A stretch of 64,000 nt of DNA from Candidatus Fermentibacteraceae bacterium (GTDB taxonomy: Bacteria; Fermentibacterota; Fermentibacteria; Fermentibacterales; JCC-6). Below, piece after piece: positions 39,345-49,658 of the stretch (its first letter is position 1; each line of letters opens with the position of its first letter). A model generated the notes under the pieces. The model worked only from the letters and a program-made list of their open reading frames with translations. It did not search any database and was not told where the DNA came from. Location of the stretch: positions 33,301 to 97,300 of the forward strand of contig JADGDO010000013.1 in NCBI GenBank assembly GCA_016744855.1, written 5' to 3'. Position numbers and translations under genes: made by a program.

Positions 39345-40088
39345 TTACTCTACTGAGTAGCTACCACTCCATGAACCGTAATCCCAGCTGGATACATCGT
39401 TCTGCTCAGAACCGCTGTATGCATCCTCTCCTGGTAGGATTGTTACTTCAACGATACCTGTTTCACCATCTTCAAGAACTCCTGCATGCACAGCAGCTGC
39501 GGCGAGATTGGAATCGTCTGTGTAGATGTCGGTGCCCCACACCATGAGCTCTGCGTCGCCCGTTACTTCAAAAAAGAAGGTTTCTCCAACATTCTCACGA
39601 TATGTAGTGAGATTCCCGGGATCTATCATTGCTGCAAGCTCGTAGTCTTCATAAATGAAATCAACAGAGTAGCTTCCGTTCCATTCCCCATAGTCCATGC
39701 TTGGAATATCATTGCTGGTGGAGCCTTCATAGGAATCCTGACCGGGAAGAAGAGTTACTTCGAGAATGTCAGTTTCTCCGAGAGAAAGCAGTCCTGCATG
39801 GACAGCAGCGACGGCAAGGTAAGAATCATCTGTGTAGATGTCAGTACCCCAAACAGAACCGAAATCGGAGCCTGTTACTTCGATATAAAGCACTTCACCG
39901 GTCTGATCGCGATAAGCTGTTAAATTGCCCGGATCTGCAATCGGTTGAATAACAAGAATATCTTCAATTACTTCTTCTTCTACATCCTCAGTTTGATCAG
40001 CTACCGGTTCATCAACAGCAGGTGCTTCCCCGCAGCCCATGAAAACCATAAATGCGACAGCGATAAAGACTAATAAACTCTTTGCCAT
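39345..40088 (-). CDS. Lipoprotein with two tandem LCCL-like domains
   Basis: Lipobox FMGCGE. Two copies of WGTDIYTDDS.LA.AAVHAG (LCCL signature, here without the usual Cys pair). Confidence 0.65.
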   Translation of the reverse strand: MAKSLLVFIAVAFMVFMGCGEAPAVDEPVADQTEDVEEEVIEDILVIQPIADPGNLTAYRDQTGEVLYIEVTGSDFGSVWGTDIYTDDSYLAVAAVHAGLLSLGETDILEVTLLPGQDSYEGSTSNDIPSMDYGEWNGSYSVDFIYEDYELAAMIDPGNLTTYRENVGETFFFEVTGDAELMVWGTDIYTDDSNLAAAAVHAGVLEDGETGIVEVTILPGEDAYSGSEQNDVSSWDYGSWSGSYSVE

Positions 40089-40498
40089 TTCTATTCTTCC
40101 TTACATCGTTATGAGAAGAAAATTCTTCCCCCCCCTATATATCAGATGAGTAATACATCCGATAAGCACATTGGTACTGAACAACATCAGCTATGGTGCA
40201 CTTGAGAGTGATAATAAGGGGTTAATCAAACACGGTCAACAGCAAGATATCCCCTCAGGGTGCACTCTGAGCGTGTAATGACACTGCTAAGATCGAATCG
40301 GGATTTTAAGCTGATTCAAGTAACGAGTTTTCCAACAGCAACGCCTTTCATCCAATAGTTAGCCATGAATGGTTTATCGCGAACAAAAGAGCAGATATAT
40401 ATTGTTTATTGACGCAGATACCCTCTTAGGATATGCTTCATAGATGTACTTGAGAAAACAGCTTGGTGAAAGCAATTCTATGATCATCATTCTTTAAT

Positions 40499-41515
40499 GT
40501 GCTGAAGAGCATAAGGAGGGATTCTATGAAAATTGATTTGAACACCTTGTCTGAAATCCCATTAGCCATCGACAGTTATGGAGAAAAAACATCTGCCTTG
40601 CTGGATCTTTGGGTTCCTATCGGAGATCTGCCTTTTGCGATTATTCAGAAGAAGTTGTTTGCTGGTACGGGAGAGATATTTACTTCTGACCGATTCTTAA
40701 AATTCAAGTCGAATGGTGGATTTTCAAAGCTGAAGAACAAAAAGGAGATCATCTACTCTGATATCACTGAATTTGCCAGCAACAGTGGCTCCACAAGGTT
40801 AAGCTGGGATTTCATAGGAGCGAGTGGTAAATTTAACATAGGTTTAGTTTTCTACGGCCAGGTGAAAAGTCTCTCTCCCAGGGATCTTTTCTGGTATGAG
40901 GTTGATGATTTCCCACCTCGCTCAAAAGCATTCTATGATCTAATTTCTGCAGTAGTACCTTCAACAGGAATTACCAGTGAACTCAAAACATCTTCATTGA
41001 AGAGCAGGCTTAAGAATGCTATTGAGTTTTTTGAGGGAAAGAGAAAAGCTGAAGATATAAAATTAAATCTGCTCAATGTTATAGAACCGGGTTTCTTCGC
41101 CCTGCAGCATGCATTCTCTATGTTTCTTGCTGGGACAACTCTTGCAACCGAAACAACACGAGGCAGTTACCTTGAAATATATAGGAGTCTTGATGATATC
41201 TATGTAAGGATTTTAAGGAAACTAATGGTTGACTACAATACAACTATGGGAAATATTTTTAACCGGGAGCAAGAGATATATGAAGCAGATGAGAAATTCC
41301 AGAAACTCTCTCTTCTGTGGTATTTAAGGCAGATTGCTAACCTGCACTTTGCATCAAAGTACCTGCCTATGAATGAAACCAGGGCATGGCCGATGAAGGT
41401 GTTGAAGCCAAGAGCGCGAGTGTATCGGGGAAGCAGTTTAGCAAAACTTGAAATCAAGCTTCCAACTCCAGAAATCTACGAGGAGGCTATTGTTCACTTC
41501 GACAAGAAACCTTAA
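40499..41515 (+). CDS. Hypothetical protein (possible N-terminal bacterial PH-like domain plus helical C-terminal domain)
   Basis: No recognisable catalytic motif. The start may be the internal ATG at 40526. Confidence 0.4.
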   Translation: MLKSIRRDSMKIDLNTLSEIPLAIDSYGEKTSALLDLWVPIGDLPFAIIQKKLFAGTGEIFTSDRFLKFKSNGGFSKLKNKKEIIYSDITEFASNSGSTRLSWDFIGASGKFNIGLVFYGQVKSLSPRDLFWYEVDDFPPRSKAFYDLISAVVPSTGITSELKTSSLKSRLKNAIEFFEGKRKAEDIKLNLLNVIEPGFFALQHAFSMFLAGTTLATETTRGSYLEIYRSLDDIYVRILRKLMVDYNTTMGNIFNREQEIYEADEKFQKLSLLWYLRQIANLHFASKYLPMNETRAWPMKVLKPRARVYRGSSLAKLEIKLPTPEIYEEAIVHFDKKP

Positions 41516-41577
41516 GAATATGGCAACTTATTCTGGAAGTCCAGGAGAGAATCTCTACGATTCAGTCTATAAATGTT

Positions 41578-43104
41578 TTAGTTAGAATACACTACTTTGA
41601 CTACCGAGTTTCCCGAAGTAGTGCTTAGTCTACAGAAGTAAATACCTGCTTTAAAGTTACTCCCTGATGGATTCCAACAGAAGCTATGTATACCCTCGCT
41701 AAGCGTTCTATTTACAAGAGTTTCCGCAATTCTCCCTGAAGAATCAAACACATTGAGTGTGATATGTTCCGCTATGGGGAGGATGCAATTTAGTGATATT
41801 GAATTGCTGAATGGATTTGATCCGGAAATCTCTATTGAAGCTGCAGCGCTTTCCGACTCTTCGCTGATGCCAGTTCCATCTGCATTTCTAACACAACGAA
41901 CAAGGTTGTAAATTCTTACTACATCACCCTGAGGTCCGTGTCCATATGGATAGTCATCTGGATCTCCGGTTTTTGGGTCACTGCGCTGTGCACCTGCTCC
42001 ATGAACATCTCTGAGAGTGTAGGTGGAATCGGGTGTCATCATCCATCCGAGAGCTTCACCAAATGTTACATAAGCTGCAAATTGCCCTGTTTGATTCAGG
42101 TTTGCATTCGCGTGAGTTGTTCCTGTCCAGTAGAAACCATAGTTAAGAGTACCACCCTCGTCAGTTATCTCTGAGCAGCTGAACATAGGGTCAATTGATG
42201 GAGAGTCTGTTTCTTGAAGGGATCTGGTGTAGTCAACAATGCTTTGTAGCTCGTGTACATTCGGTAGTCTCCAGTCGGTCTCCCCAGCAAGGGTCAGAGT
42301 TTCAGCGTATTCAAGGGCTTCTTGCCAGTTTCTGCCAGTACTGTCGTCAGACTGCTGCCACATAAGACCTGTTGCAAGGTCTGTAATTGTTCCGTCGCCG
42401 TTATCGCTAAACTGGTTTTCAGCATAGCCGTTTCCCCGGACATATCTGACAAATGATGTCATTTGGAAATCTCTTCCTGGTTGACCTACAACATCTCTGG
42501 GATACCCCTTTATTCTACCATCCGCAAAATTTACTCCGAATGCTGTTGAGTCTCCTACCATTGTTAGACCCTGGTAGACGGTTGAAGACCAATACTGAGC
42601 GTCAATCAGTCTTTCTCCCGAAAGGGTATCTCCATATTCAAACTCAAAGTATTCTATATCAATGAAAGGGACAGGATTGGATGGGGAAGGTCCGCTGGGA
42701 TCTGTTCCACTGAATAGTATTAGAGAGTAGAGTTCTTTGACACTGGGAAGTCGCCAATCTGTGTATCCGCCTATTGTGCAAATACTTGCCCCTGCAACTG
42801 CATCATCCCAAGTCATTTTCTGGTCGAGTCCCTGCTGCCACATTAAACCTGTATTCAAATCGCTGACAGTACCATCTCCATTGTTTGTGTAGTCGGGAGC
42901 CTCACTGTTGTATTGGGCATCCTGCCCATAGAATGGTTCCCCTGCGTAAGGGAAGGATATTGTGTTCAGGCTGTCATAGCACAAAGATTGATCGGTGTCC
43001 GGTAGGGTGTATGTGTATCCCGGGGCACTTCCGGCCCCAACCAGCAGAGAGAGCATACAAAGACCGGCTGAAACCCTGAACCATCTGATTTTTTTTGTAT
43101 TCAT
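41578..43104 (-). CDS. Secreted protein with two DUF1566 (Lcl C-terminal-like) domains and a T9SS C-terminal sorting domain
   Basis: Repeated DGT(V/I)(S/T)DL.TGLMWQQ and TDWRLP...EL motifs. C-terminal motif GIYFCRLSTTSGNSVVKVVYSN. Confidence 0.65.
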   Translation of the reverse strand: MNTKKIRWFRVSAGLCMLSLLVGAGSAPGYTYTLPDTDQSLCYDSLNTISFPYAGEPFYGQDAQYNSEAPDYTNNGDGTVSDLNTGLMWQQGLDQKMTWDDAVAGASICTIGGYTDWRLPSVKELYSLILFSGTDPSGPSPSNPVPFIDIEYFEFEYGDTLSGERLIDAQYWSSTVYQGLTMVGDSTAFGVNFADGRIKGYPRDVVGQPGRDFQMTSFVRYVRGNGYAENQFSDNGDGTITDLATGLMWQQSDDSTGRNWQEALEYAETLTLAGETDWRLPNVHELQSIVDYTRSLQETDSPSIDPMFSCSEITDEGGTLNYGFYWTGTTHANANLNQTGQFAAYVTFGEALGWMMTPDSTYTLRDVHGAGAQRSDPKTGDPDDYPYGHGPQGDVVRIYNLVRCVRNADGTGISEESESAAASIEISGSNPFSNSISLNCILPIAEHITLNVFDSSGRIAETLVNRTLSEGIHSFCWNPSGSNFKAGIYFCRLSTTSGNSVVKVVYSN

Positions 43105-43127
43105 TTTTCTCCCTGTTTTTATAGATT

Positions 43128-45122
43128 TTACTTAATTATCGTAATCATTTCAGACGTAACACTTTGAGCCTGTGTGAGGGTGAGTGCATATACCCCGGCA
43201 GGCAGCGCCGATGTATCAAGATAAATGGTTTGAAGATTAGCAAGAATTCCCTCGAAAGGTACCGAAACAAGTCTCCCGCAGATATCATAAATGTGGCAGA
43301 TTGCAGCACCTTCACCACCTGTGAGCGTCAGCTCTGTTGTAGCGGAAAAAATTGGATTAGGGGAGAGGATTTCAAGGGCAGCCGGGGAGGGTGAACCACC
43401 CTCTTCCTCCTCTTCCGGTTCAGTGTTTGCATTTTCAGCACCAGGGGTGGGGTAATCCTGGAAAGACCAGTTTTCATCTGAATCAGGCCACCTGCCCCAG
43501 GAAACATCATCTTCAATGTCGGGATATGTAATCCAGTCTACAATAACAGAGCCTTGCATCAGATATATCTCTTCACCGTCTTTGTCCAGTTTGAATTCGG
43601 TGTGAAGAGAACCCTGCTCGGTATCTTTGTCGGCCCACACAATCATGTATTCTCCGGGTTGTATTAGGGTGTCCGGAAAACTGAATTTGTCGGGGAAAGC
43701 CATGTCATCAGTAAGATGATATCCTGAAAGATCAATTGCAGAGGTGCCGCTGTTGGTTATTTCAAGCCAATCATCGTACTCTCCTTCAGAGTCTGCAATT
43801 GTTGAATCATTGCCGGCCATAATTTCGTTCAAAATGAGATCATCCACAGGTTCCCAGCTACCGAGCAGGGACGTCAGATAGGCATGTCTGTTTTCTATGA
43901 ATGTACCAAGTGCAGGAGCAAACCTACCAGGACCTATTGATACATTTGAGTTCATTGCAGATTCAAACTGACTGGATGAAAAAAGTCGCATTGGAGATTC
44001 TTCAAGATAGACCCAATCCCGTATCAAGTCTCTCATTTCTTCCATCCTGGGTATCAGTACATCAGGGTCAGCAGTCGTAGCCATCAGCTTTTTTATGTGA
44101 CCCTCATAGATATCTCTGTATTCCTCTACGCTCCACAAAGCATCTGCGAGTGGTCTCTCTTCTCCAGTCGAAATGTTTGTCCAGTATGGATCAAGCTGTT
44201 GAAGACCGGTGATGGAGTAACCCCACCAGTTGAAACAACCCCAGGACTCATTTGTATCCCATTGTCCTATGACAAACCTTTCATCTCTGTCAGCGCAGTA
44301 AAGGTAGTAGTTGACACCTCTTCCTGAGTAGCTGTCCAGATTTACTGTCAGGTTGTCAACGGCAAGAAGTGCGAGAGCTGTGTTCACATCAATAACTTCA
44401 GAAAGTGTATCGGGCAGCTGTTCAACTGGTGTGTTGCTTAAAAGGTAAGTAAGCTCGATAAGTGAAGACCAGTCATTTGCAGTTTCATTGGTCTTTAACT
44501 CATAGCAGTCATAGTAATAATACTGATCCCACCCAACGAATTCGAGTGTTCCGTAGTCATCACCTTTCCAGAGGTTTCCGTCTTCTGATTCACCGAATCT
44601 TTCCTCTATGAAGTGCTTGTCATACTGCTCCGTAAGCGTGTACAAACCCCAGTAAGTGTCGTTTATGTAGAGTGCAGCAAAAGTGGTTCTAGGGCAGGGG
44701 AGCCCAGCTGCAATGGCGATTTCGTATGAGGCCCTTTCTCTGACAAAACTCGGATCATTGAAGTTACAGTTTAAATTGAGTTTGTAGAGCCCGTCGATAT
44801 TCTGGTTGTCCGTGAATTCATTTAGGTCAATTTTGAAAGATTTCTTCATCGTGTTGTTGCTGTCGTAGCTAGAACCCCCCTTGAATCTTACACCAACGGC
44901 ATCAAAACTGTATTCTTCCCAAGCGAAAGATGCTTCCAGATAAATTTCATCCTCATAGTTTTCAGTTAGGGTATCCCAGAAATTTTCTTGCTCGAAATAC
45001 AATCTGATTTCCTGAACTTGATTCTCTTCAAACAAAGGATGATCCACCGGTACAAGGGAAGCGATTGCCCCTTCCGGAATAAATGTAAGGATGACTACAA
45101 GCAGCATGAAAGTTGTTTTCAT
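43128..45122 (-). CDS. CotH-family (atypical protein-kinase-like) secreted protein with lamin-tail domain and T9SS C-terminal sorting domain
   Basis: CotH block (VGVRFKGGSSY...KKSFKIDL...PCPRTTFAALYINDTYWGLYTLTEQ). LTD-like region (LILNEIMAGN...DWLEITNSG...DLSGYHLTDD). C-terminal motif GVYALTLTQAQSVTSEMITIIK. Confidence 0.7.
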   Translation of the reverse strand: MKTTFMLLVVILTFIPEGAIASLVPVDHPLFEENQVQEIRLYFEQENFWDTLTENYEDEIYLEASFAWEEYSFDAVGVRFKGGSSYDSNNTMKKSFKIDLNEFTDNQNIDGLYKLNLNCNFNDPSFVRERASYEIAIAAGLPCPRTTFAALYINDTYWGLYTLTEQYDKHFIEERFGESEDGNLWKGDDYGTLEFVGWDQYYYYDCYELKTNETANDWSSLIELTYLLSNTPVEQLPDTLSEVIDVNTALALLAVDNLTVNLDSYSGRGVNYYLYCADRDERFVIGQWDTNESWGCFNWWGYSITGLQQLDPYWTNISTGEERPLADALWSVEEYRDIYEGHIKKLMATTADPDVLIPRMEEMRDLIRDWVYLEESPMRLFSSSQFESAMNSNVSIGPGRFAPALGTFIENRHAYLTSLLGSWEPVDDLILNEIMAGNDSTIADSEGEYDDWLEITNSGTSAIDLSGYHLTDDMAFPDKFSFPDTLIQPGEYMIVWADKDTEQGSLHTEFKLDKDGEEIYLMQGSVIVDWITYPDIEDDVSWGRWPDSDENWSFQDYPTPGAENANTEPEEEEEGGSPSPAALEILSPNPIFSATTELTLTGGEGAAICHIYDICGRLVSVPFEGILANLQTIYLDTSALPAGVYALTLTQAQSVTSEMITIIK

Positions 45123-45230
45123 ATTTCCCCCAGTTGTTTACAAATACATCTGAAGGGAAAATCAACTCTCAATTAACGTTTTGTAACAGAATGTAAAGAA
45201 ATAGGATTAGAGTGATTTTAGTGAGTTATC

Positions 45231-45656
45231 CTAAATCACCTTTGTAACCTCCTCAATTACGAAGTAGACATCGTAAAGTCTTGTATCGGAAGAGCGCCAG
45301 ATCGATTGAGAATTCACAGTATCCATAGACCTCAGATTAAGGTAAATTGTCATTTTCCGCTTGTCATTAATAAGGGAGATGCCGTTGTTCCAACCCCATA
45401 AGCCAGTAATCTCAAACCTGTTTGAGTCGAGATATATCCAAGTCCCCTCAATAGCCCTCCCAGACATTCCAAGTGGTTCCATGAAGAAGCTTCCGTCATC
45501 CAAAAATTGAAAAACAGAAGAGTTATCTGTGAAAGCAAGCTGGCTTTCATCCTGAATGACCTGGAGGGGAGAGGATATTTCTGTTCCCGGATTTGCTTCA
45601 GCAGGAAGCGTAAGAAGGCCCAAAATGGTAAGACCAACTGTAAATATGTTCAGCAT
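45231..45656 (-). CDS. Small secreted hypothetical protein
   Basis: Signal peptide MLNIFTVGLTILGLLTLPAEA. No motif. Confidence 0.4.
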   Translation of the reverse strand: MLNIFTVGLTILGLLTLPAEANPGTEISSPLQVIQDESQLAFTDNSSVFQFLDDGSFFMEPLGMSGRAIEGTWIYLDSNRFEITGLWGWNNGISLINDKRKMTIYLNLRSMDTVNSQSIWRSSDTRLYDVYFVIEEVTKVI

Positions 45657-45808
45657 CTTGTATCTCCAATCTGTTTGCGACACGAGCAAGATACGCTCAC
45701 ATTCATTCCATTATTCCATACTTCTAGCATGATGACAATAGCAGTCTGAAAAAATGCATTTTCGGGTGCAAATTTGTATATATTCATATTGAAACAGCTG
45801 GAGGGAAC

Positions 45809-47599
45809 ATGAGCGTAGAGATACTTACAGTTCTCATAATAATGCTTCTGACAATACTTCTTCTTGTCTTCGAGGTTTTTAGAATTGACCTTGTGGCAGT
45901 ACTCTGCATGCTTGCTCTTGGCTGGTCTGGCATCCTTACGCCTTCTGAAACACTTTCCGGTTTTTCCAGTAACGCAGTGCTTGCAATGATTTCTGTTATG
46001 GTGATGGGAACGGGCATTGCAGGAACAGGGGTTATGAATTCGTTCTCCAGATTGATTGTTCGAATAGCCGGTGCCAGCAGGCAGAAGATTTTGGGTATTG
46101 TTTCTCTTTCTGTGGGCCTGCTCTCTGCCTTTATGCAGAACGTTGGAGCTGCAGCTCTTTTTCTTCCGGCAGTTCTCAATATCTCGAAGAAGGAGAAAAT
46201 ACCTGCCTCAAGACTGATCATGCCACTGGGTTTTGCTGCTATTCTAGGTGGAACTCTTACTATGGTTGCTTCAGGCCCGTTGATACTCCTTAATGATCTT
46301 CTGAAAAGTGCTGATCTCGAGCCATACGGCCTCTTTAGTGTTACGCCGGTCGGTCTAGTGCTTCTTACACTGGGTATTCTTTATTTCCTTCTATTCGGGA
46401 AATGGGTATTACCGGGAAGAGATTCCCAATCGGAAAAGCCAAATGAGCAGAAAATACTAATTGATACATGGCACCTTCCTTTTATAATTCACAGGTACGC
46501 CATTGCCGACACTAGTCCCCTTGTAGGCTTAACTCCAGAGGTGTCAGGGCTCTGGAAAATCTATGGTCTTCACATCCTTGCTGTTTCTCATACCGGGGAG
46601 GTTGAGTACGCTCCCTGGAGAAACACGAGTTTCAAATCCGATCAGGAAATTGCGCTGCTTGGTAATCTCGATAACATTCAACGATTTGCAGAGGATTATC
46701 AGCTGACTTTCCATGAAGAACTCAATGTGTTTCAGCAGCTTAATGATTCCGGTTCAGCAGGCTTTGCCGAAGTTCTGGTTCCACCGCGTTCTTCAGTTAT
46801 TGGCAGCACAATAAGAGATATTTCATTCAGAAAAAGTTTTGCTTTAGAGCCGGTTGTGTTTTTTACCGGTGACAAGCAGATAGAGGGTGATTTTTCGGAT
46901 AGAAAGATAAAAACCGGAGATACGCTCATTGTGCACGGGATGTGGGAAAACCTGTCCAGGCTTAAGGAAAACACTGACTTCGTTGTTATCACCCCTTTTG
47001 AGGTGGAGAAGCAGGATATGAAAAAAGCCTGGAAAGCTGCCAGTTGTTTTCTCGGTGCAATCTGCCTCACAATCACTGGGTTTCCAATCTCAATCTCTCT
47101 CTTTTCTGGTGCAGTCGCAATGGTTCTGACGGGAGTTATCAGAATGGATGAATTTTACCATTCTGTTGAGTGGAAGGTAGTCTTCCTTATTGCCGGATTG
47201 ATACCTCTTGGAACTGCAATGCAGAAAACAGGCGCAGCCGAGTTTCTTGCGAAGGGTATAATGTCGGTTGTTCAGGGAGGGCACCCACTGGTTCTGCTTA
47301 CGGCGATTGCCCTTCTTTCTACCGTCTTTTCTCTTTTTATGTCGAATGTTGCCGCGACAGTGGTTCTTGCACCACTTGTAGTCGGTATGGCAAAGATTGG
47401 AGGTCTGGACCCCAGACCTCTGGTTCTTCTTGTTGCCGTATGCGCTGCAAATTCATTTGTTTTACCCACCCACCAGGTCAATGCAATGCTGATAACGCCC
47501 GGTGGTTATAGAAACAGAGACTATTTTAAAGCTGGAGGAGGAATGACCCTTATTTTTATAGCGGCTGTTGTTGCTGTCTTTTACCTTGTGTACTTGTAG
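45809..47599 (+). CDS. SLC13/DASS (CitT/ArsB superfamily) anion permease with two central TrkA-C (RCK_C) domains
   Basis: Duplicated 5-6 TM halves separated by two RCK_C-like regulatory domains. Confidence 0.75.
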   Translation: MSVEILTVLIIMLLTILLLVFEVFRIDLVAVLCMLALGWSGILTPSETLSGFSSNAVLAMISVMVMGTGIAGTGVMNSFSRLIVRIAGASRQKILGIVSLSVGLLSAFMQNVGAAALFLPAVLNISKKEKIPASRLIMPLGFAAILGGTLTMVASGPLILLNDLLKSADLEPYGLFSVTPVGLVLLTLGILYFLLFGKWVLPGRDSQSEKPNEQKILIDTWHLPFIIHRYAIADTSPLVGLTPEVSGLWKIYGLHILAVSHTGEVEYAPWRNTSFKSDQEIALLGNLDNIQRFAEDYQLTFHEELNVFQQLNDSGSAGFAEVLVPPRSSVIGSTIRDISFRKSFALEPVVFFTGDKQIEGDFSDRKIKTGDTLIVHGMWENLSRLKENTDFVVITPFEVEKQDMKKAWKAASCFLGAICLTITGFPISISLFSGAVAMVLTGVIRMDEFYHSVEWKVVFLIAGLIPLGTAMQKTGAAEFLAKGIMSVVQGGHPLVLLTAIALLSTVFSLFMSNVAATVVLAPLVVGMAKIGGLDPRPLVLLVAVCAANSFVLPTHQVNAMLITPGGYRNRDYFKAGGGMTLIFIAAVVAVFYLVYL

Positions 47600-47665
47600 A
47601 AGAATGATGGCTTGTTTAAGAATAGATCAGACAGTAATTTGCAATATCACCAATTCAGGGAGTGA

Positions 47666-49090
47666 GTGAAAATGCTTTTAAAACACTACTTTGTAAGTAA
47701 GATTGCCCATAGTTCTTACATTCTTGCGGGAAAGAATTACTGTGCAGTTATTGATCCCAAACGAGACGTGGAGCTTTACATAAACGAGGCGAAACAGCTT
47801 GGGGTGGAGATAACTCACATTCTTGAAACTCATCTTCATGCTGATTTTGTGTCCGGTCATATTGAACTTGCCGCGAGAACTGGAGCTGTAATCTATGCCC
47901 CGGAATCAGGAAAATGCCTGTTCGACCATGTAGGAGTTTCAGAGGGTGACGTGATTAAACTCGAGGATATGGAGCTTAGGGTTCTCGAGACCCCGGGCCA
48001 CACTCCGGAGCACGTAAGTTATGTTGTAGCGGATACATCACGTTCTCAAGAGCCTCTCGGAGTTTTTACCGGTGATACCCTTTTTGTCGGTGATGTTGGA
48101 AGGCCAGATTTGTTTCCTGACAGGGCAGAGGAACTTGCAGTAAAGCTGTATCACAGCCTACACGAAAAACTTATGAAGCTTCCCGATTACTGCGAAGTTT
48201 ACCCTTCGCATGGGGCGGGTTCGCTCTGTGGCCGAGCTATGGGAGCAAAGTGGCGAACAACTATCGGATTCGAAAGGAATTTCAACACTGCAGTTCAGAT
48301 CAAAGATGAATCAGATTTTGTTAGTTCCCTCACTTCAAACATGCCACCGGCACCGGATCACTTCAGCAGATGCAGCAGCATTAACAAGACCGGACCGGCT
48401 CTTGCCTCAGCTCTTCCACCACTCGAAGAGTTATCTGCTGTTGATTTCAGATCAAAAATGGATGATCCTGATACAATCGTACTGGACATCAGAGACTATG
48501 ATTCATTCGGCAGCCAGCACATTCCCGGATCTTGGAACATTTCATTCAGAGGAAACTTCCCAACATTTGCCGGATGGGTAATGCCAACAGACAAGAAGAT
48601 TCTTCTGGTTGCTTCAAGTGCTCAAGAGGCGGCAGAAGCGTTGATTTGGGCCAGAAGGTCAGGAGTTGACGGGATTACAGGTTTTCTTGATGGAGGCATG
48701 TTCTCCTGGGTGCTTCAGGGGTTTCCTACAGCTGAAGTACGCCAGCTTTCTTCAGAAACTCTTCACAATATGGTAACCGGGTCACTTAATCTGATTCTTG
48801 TTGATGTACGCGCCCCGGGTGAATTTGAGCACACACACATAGAAGGGGCCGTAAACATACCGGCACCCGAGCTTCGTAGCAGATACGAGGAACTTGATCC
48901 GAAAAAAACAATCGTGCTTATATGCAGCACCGGACACCGGTCGAGCCTGGGAACAAGTATTCTGAAACAGCATGGATTCGAAGATATTTTCAATGTATCC
49001 GGAGGTATGACCGGGTACAGTAAAGCCGGATATGCGAGACAGTGCAGGGTATGTGAGATTCCTCATGGCTCGAGGTATTTTTCGAAATAG
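47666..49090 (+). CDS. Persulfide dioxygenase (ETHE1-like MBL fold) fused to two rhodanese domains
   Basis: HLHADFVSGH and TPGHTPEH MBL metal motifs. C-terminal rhodanese active-site loop CSTGHRSS. Confidence 0.85.
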   Translation: MKMLLKHYFVSKIAHSSYILAGKNYCAVIDPKRDVELYINEAKQLGVEITHILETHLHADFVSGHIELAARTGAVIYAPESGKCLFDHVGVSEGDVIKLEDMELRVLETPGHTPEHVSYVVADTSRSQEPLGVFTGDTLFVGDVGRPDLFPDRAEELAVKLYHSLHEKLMKLPDYCEVYPSHGAGSLCGRAMGAKWRTTIGFERNFNTAVQIKDESDFVSSLTSNMPPAPDHFSRCSSINKTGPALASALPPLEELSAVDFRSKMDDPDTIVLDIRDYDSFGSQHIPGSWNISFRGNFPTFAGWVMPTDKKILLVASSAQEAAEALIWARRSGVDGITGFLDGGMFSWVLQGFPTAEVRQLSSETLHNMVTGSLNLILVDVRAPGEFEHTHIEGAVNIPAPELRSRYEELDPKKTIVLICSTGHRSSLGTSILKQHGFEDIFNVSGGMTGYSKAGYARQCRVCEIPHGSRYFSK

Positions 49091-49130
49091 TACTGAGAAT
49101 TGATGACAAGCACTCTCAGGAGGCAGTGAA

Positions 49131-49658
49131 ATGGGATTTATTACAGAGTTACGCTGGTCGCCGTATCTGGTAGGCATGGGGATAGGAATTCTTAGCTGGT
49201 TCACATTCCTTATTTCTAAAAAGGCTATTGGATGTTCAACAGCATTTGCAAGAACCAGCGGAATGATAGAGAAGCTATTCAGAGGGACAAAAGTAGAAAA
49301 AAAGCTTTACTATCAGAACATTAAACCGGTCGTTGAATGGCAGTGGATGCTGGTTGTGGGAGTTGTTATCGGTTCATTTATCTCGTCCATATTGTCTGGT
49401 GGTTTCGATTGGCAGATGATTCCACCGGTGTGGGCTGAAACATTCGGTTCAAACCCATACCTGCGAATTGCTTTCGCTGTTATCGGAGGTATTTTTCTCG
49501 GTTTCGGTGCCAGGTGGGCTGGGGGATGCACTAGCGGTCATGGTATAAGCGGGACAATGCAGCTTGCAGTTTCGAGCTGGATTGCGGCGATATGCTTCTT
49601 CATAGGAGGCATTGCAACAGCATACCTGATATACAACATCATCGGAGGTGCACTCTGA
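49131..49658 (+). CDS. YeeE/YedE family sulfur-compound transporter, half-protein 1
   Basis: GGCTSGHGISG signature motif. Four to five TM helices. Confidence 0.8.
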   Translation: MGFITELRWSPYLVGMGIGILSWFTFLISKKAIGCSTAFARTSGMIEKLFRGTKVEKKLYYQNIKPVVEWQWMLVVGVVIGSFISSILSGGFDWQMIPPVWAETFGSNPYLRIAFAVIGGIFLGFGARWAGGCTSGHGISGTMQLAVSSWIAAICFFIGGIATAYLIYNIIGGAL

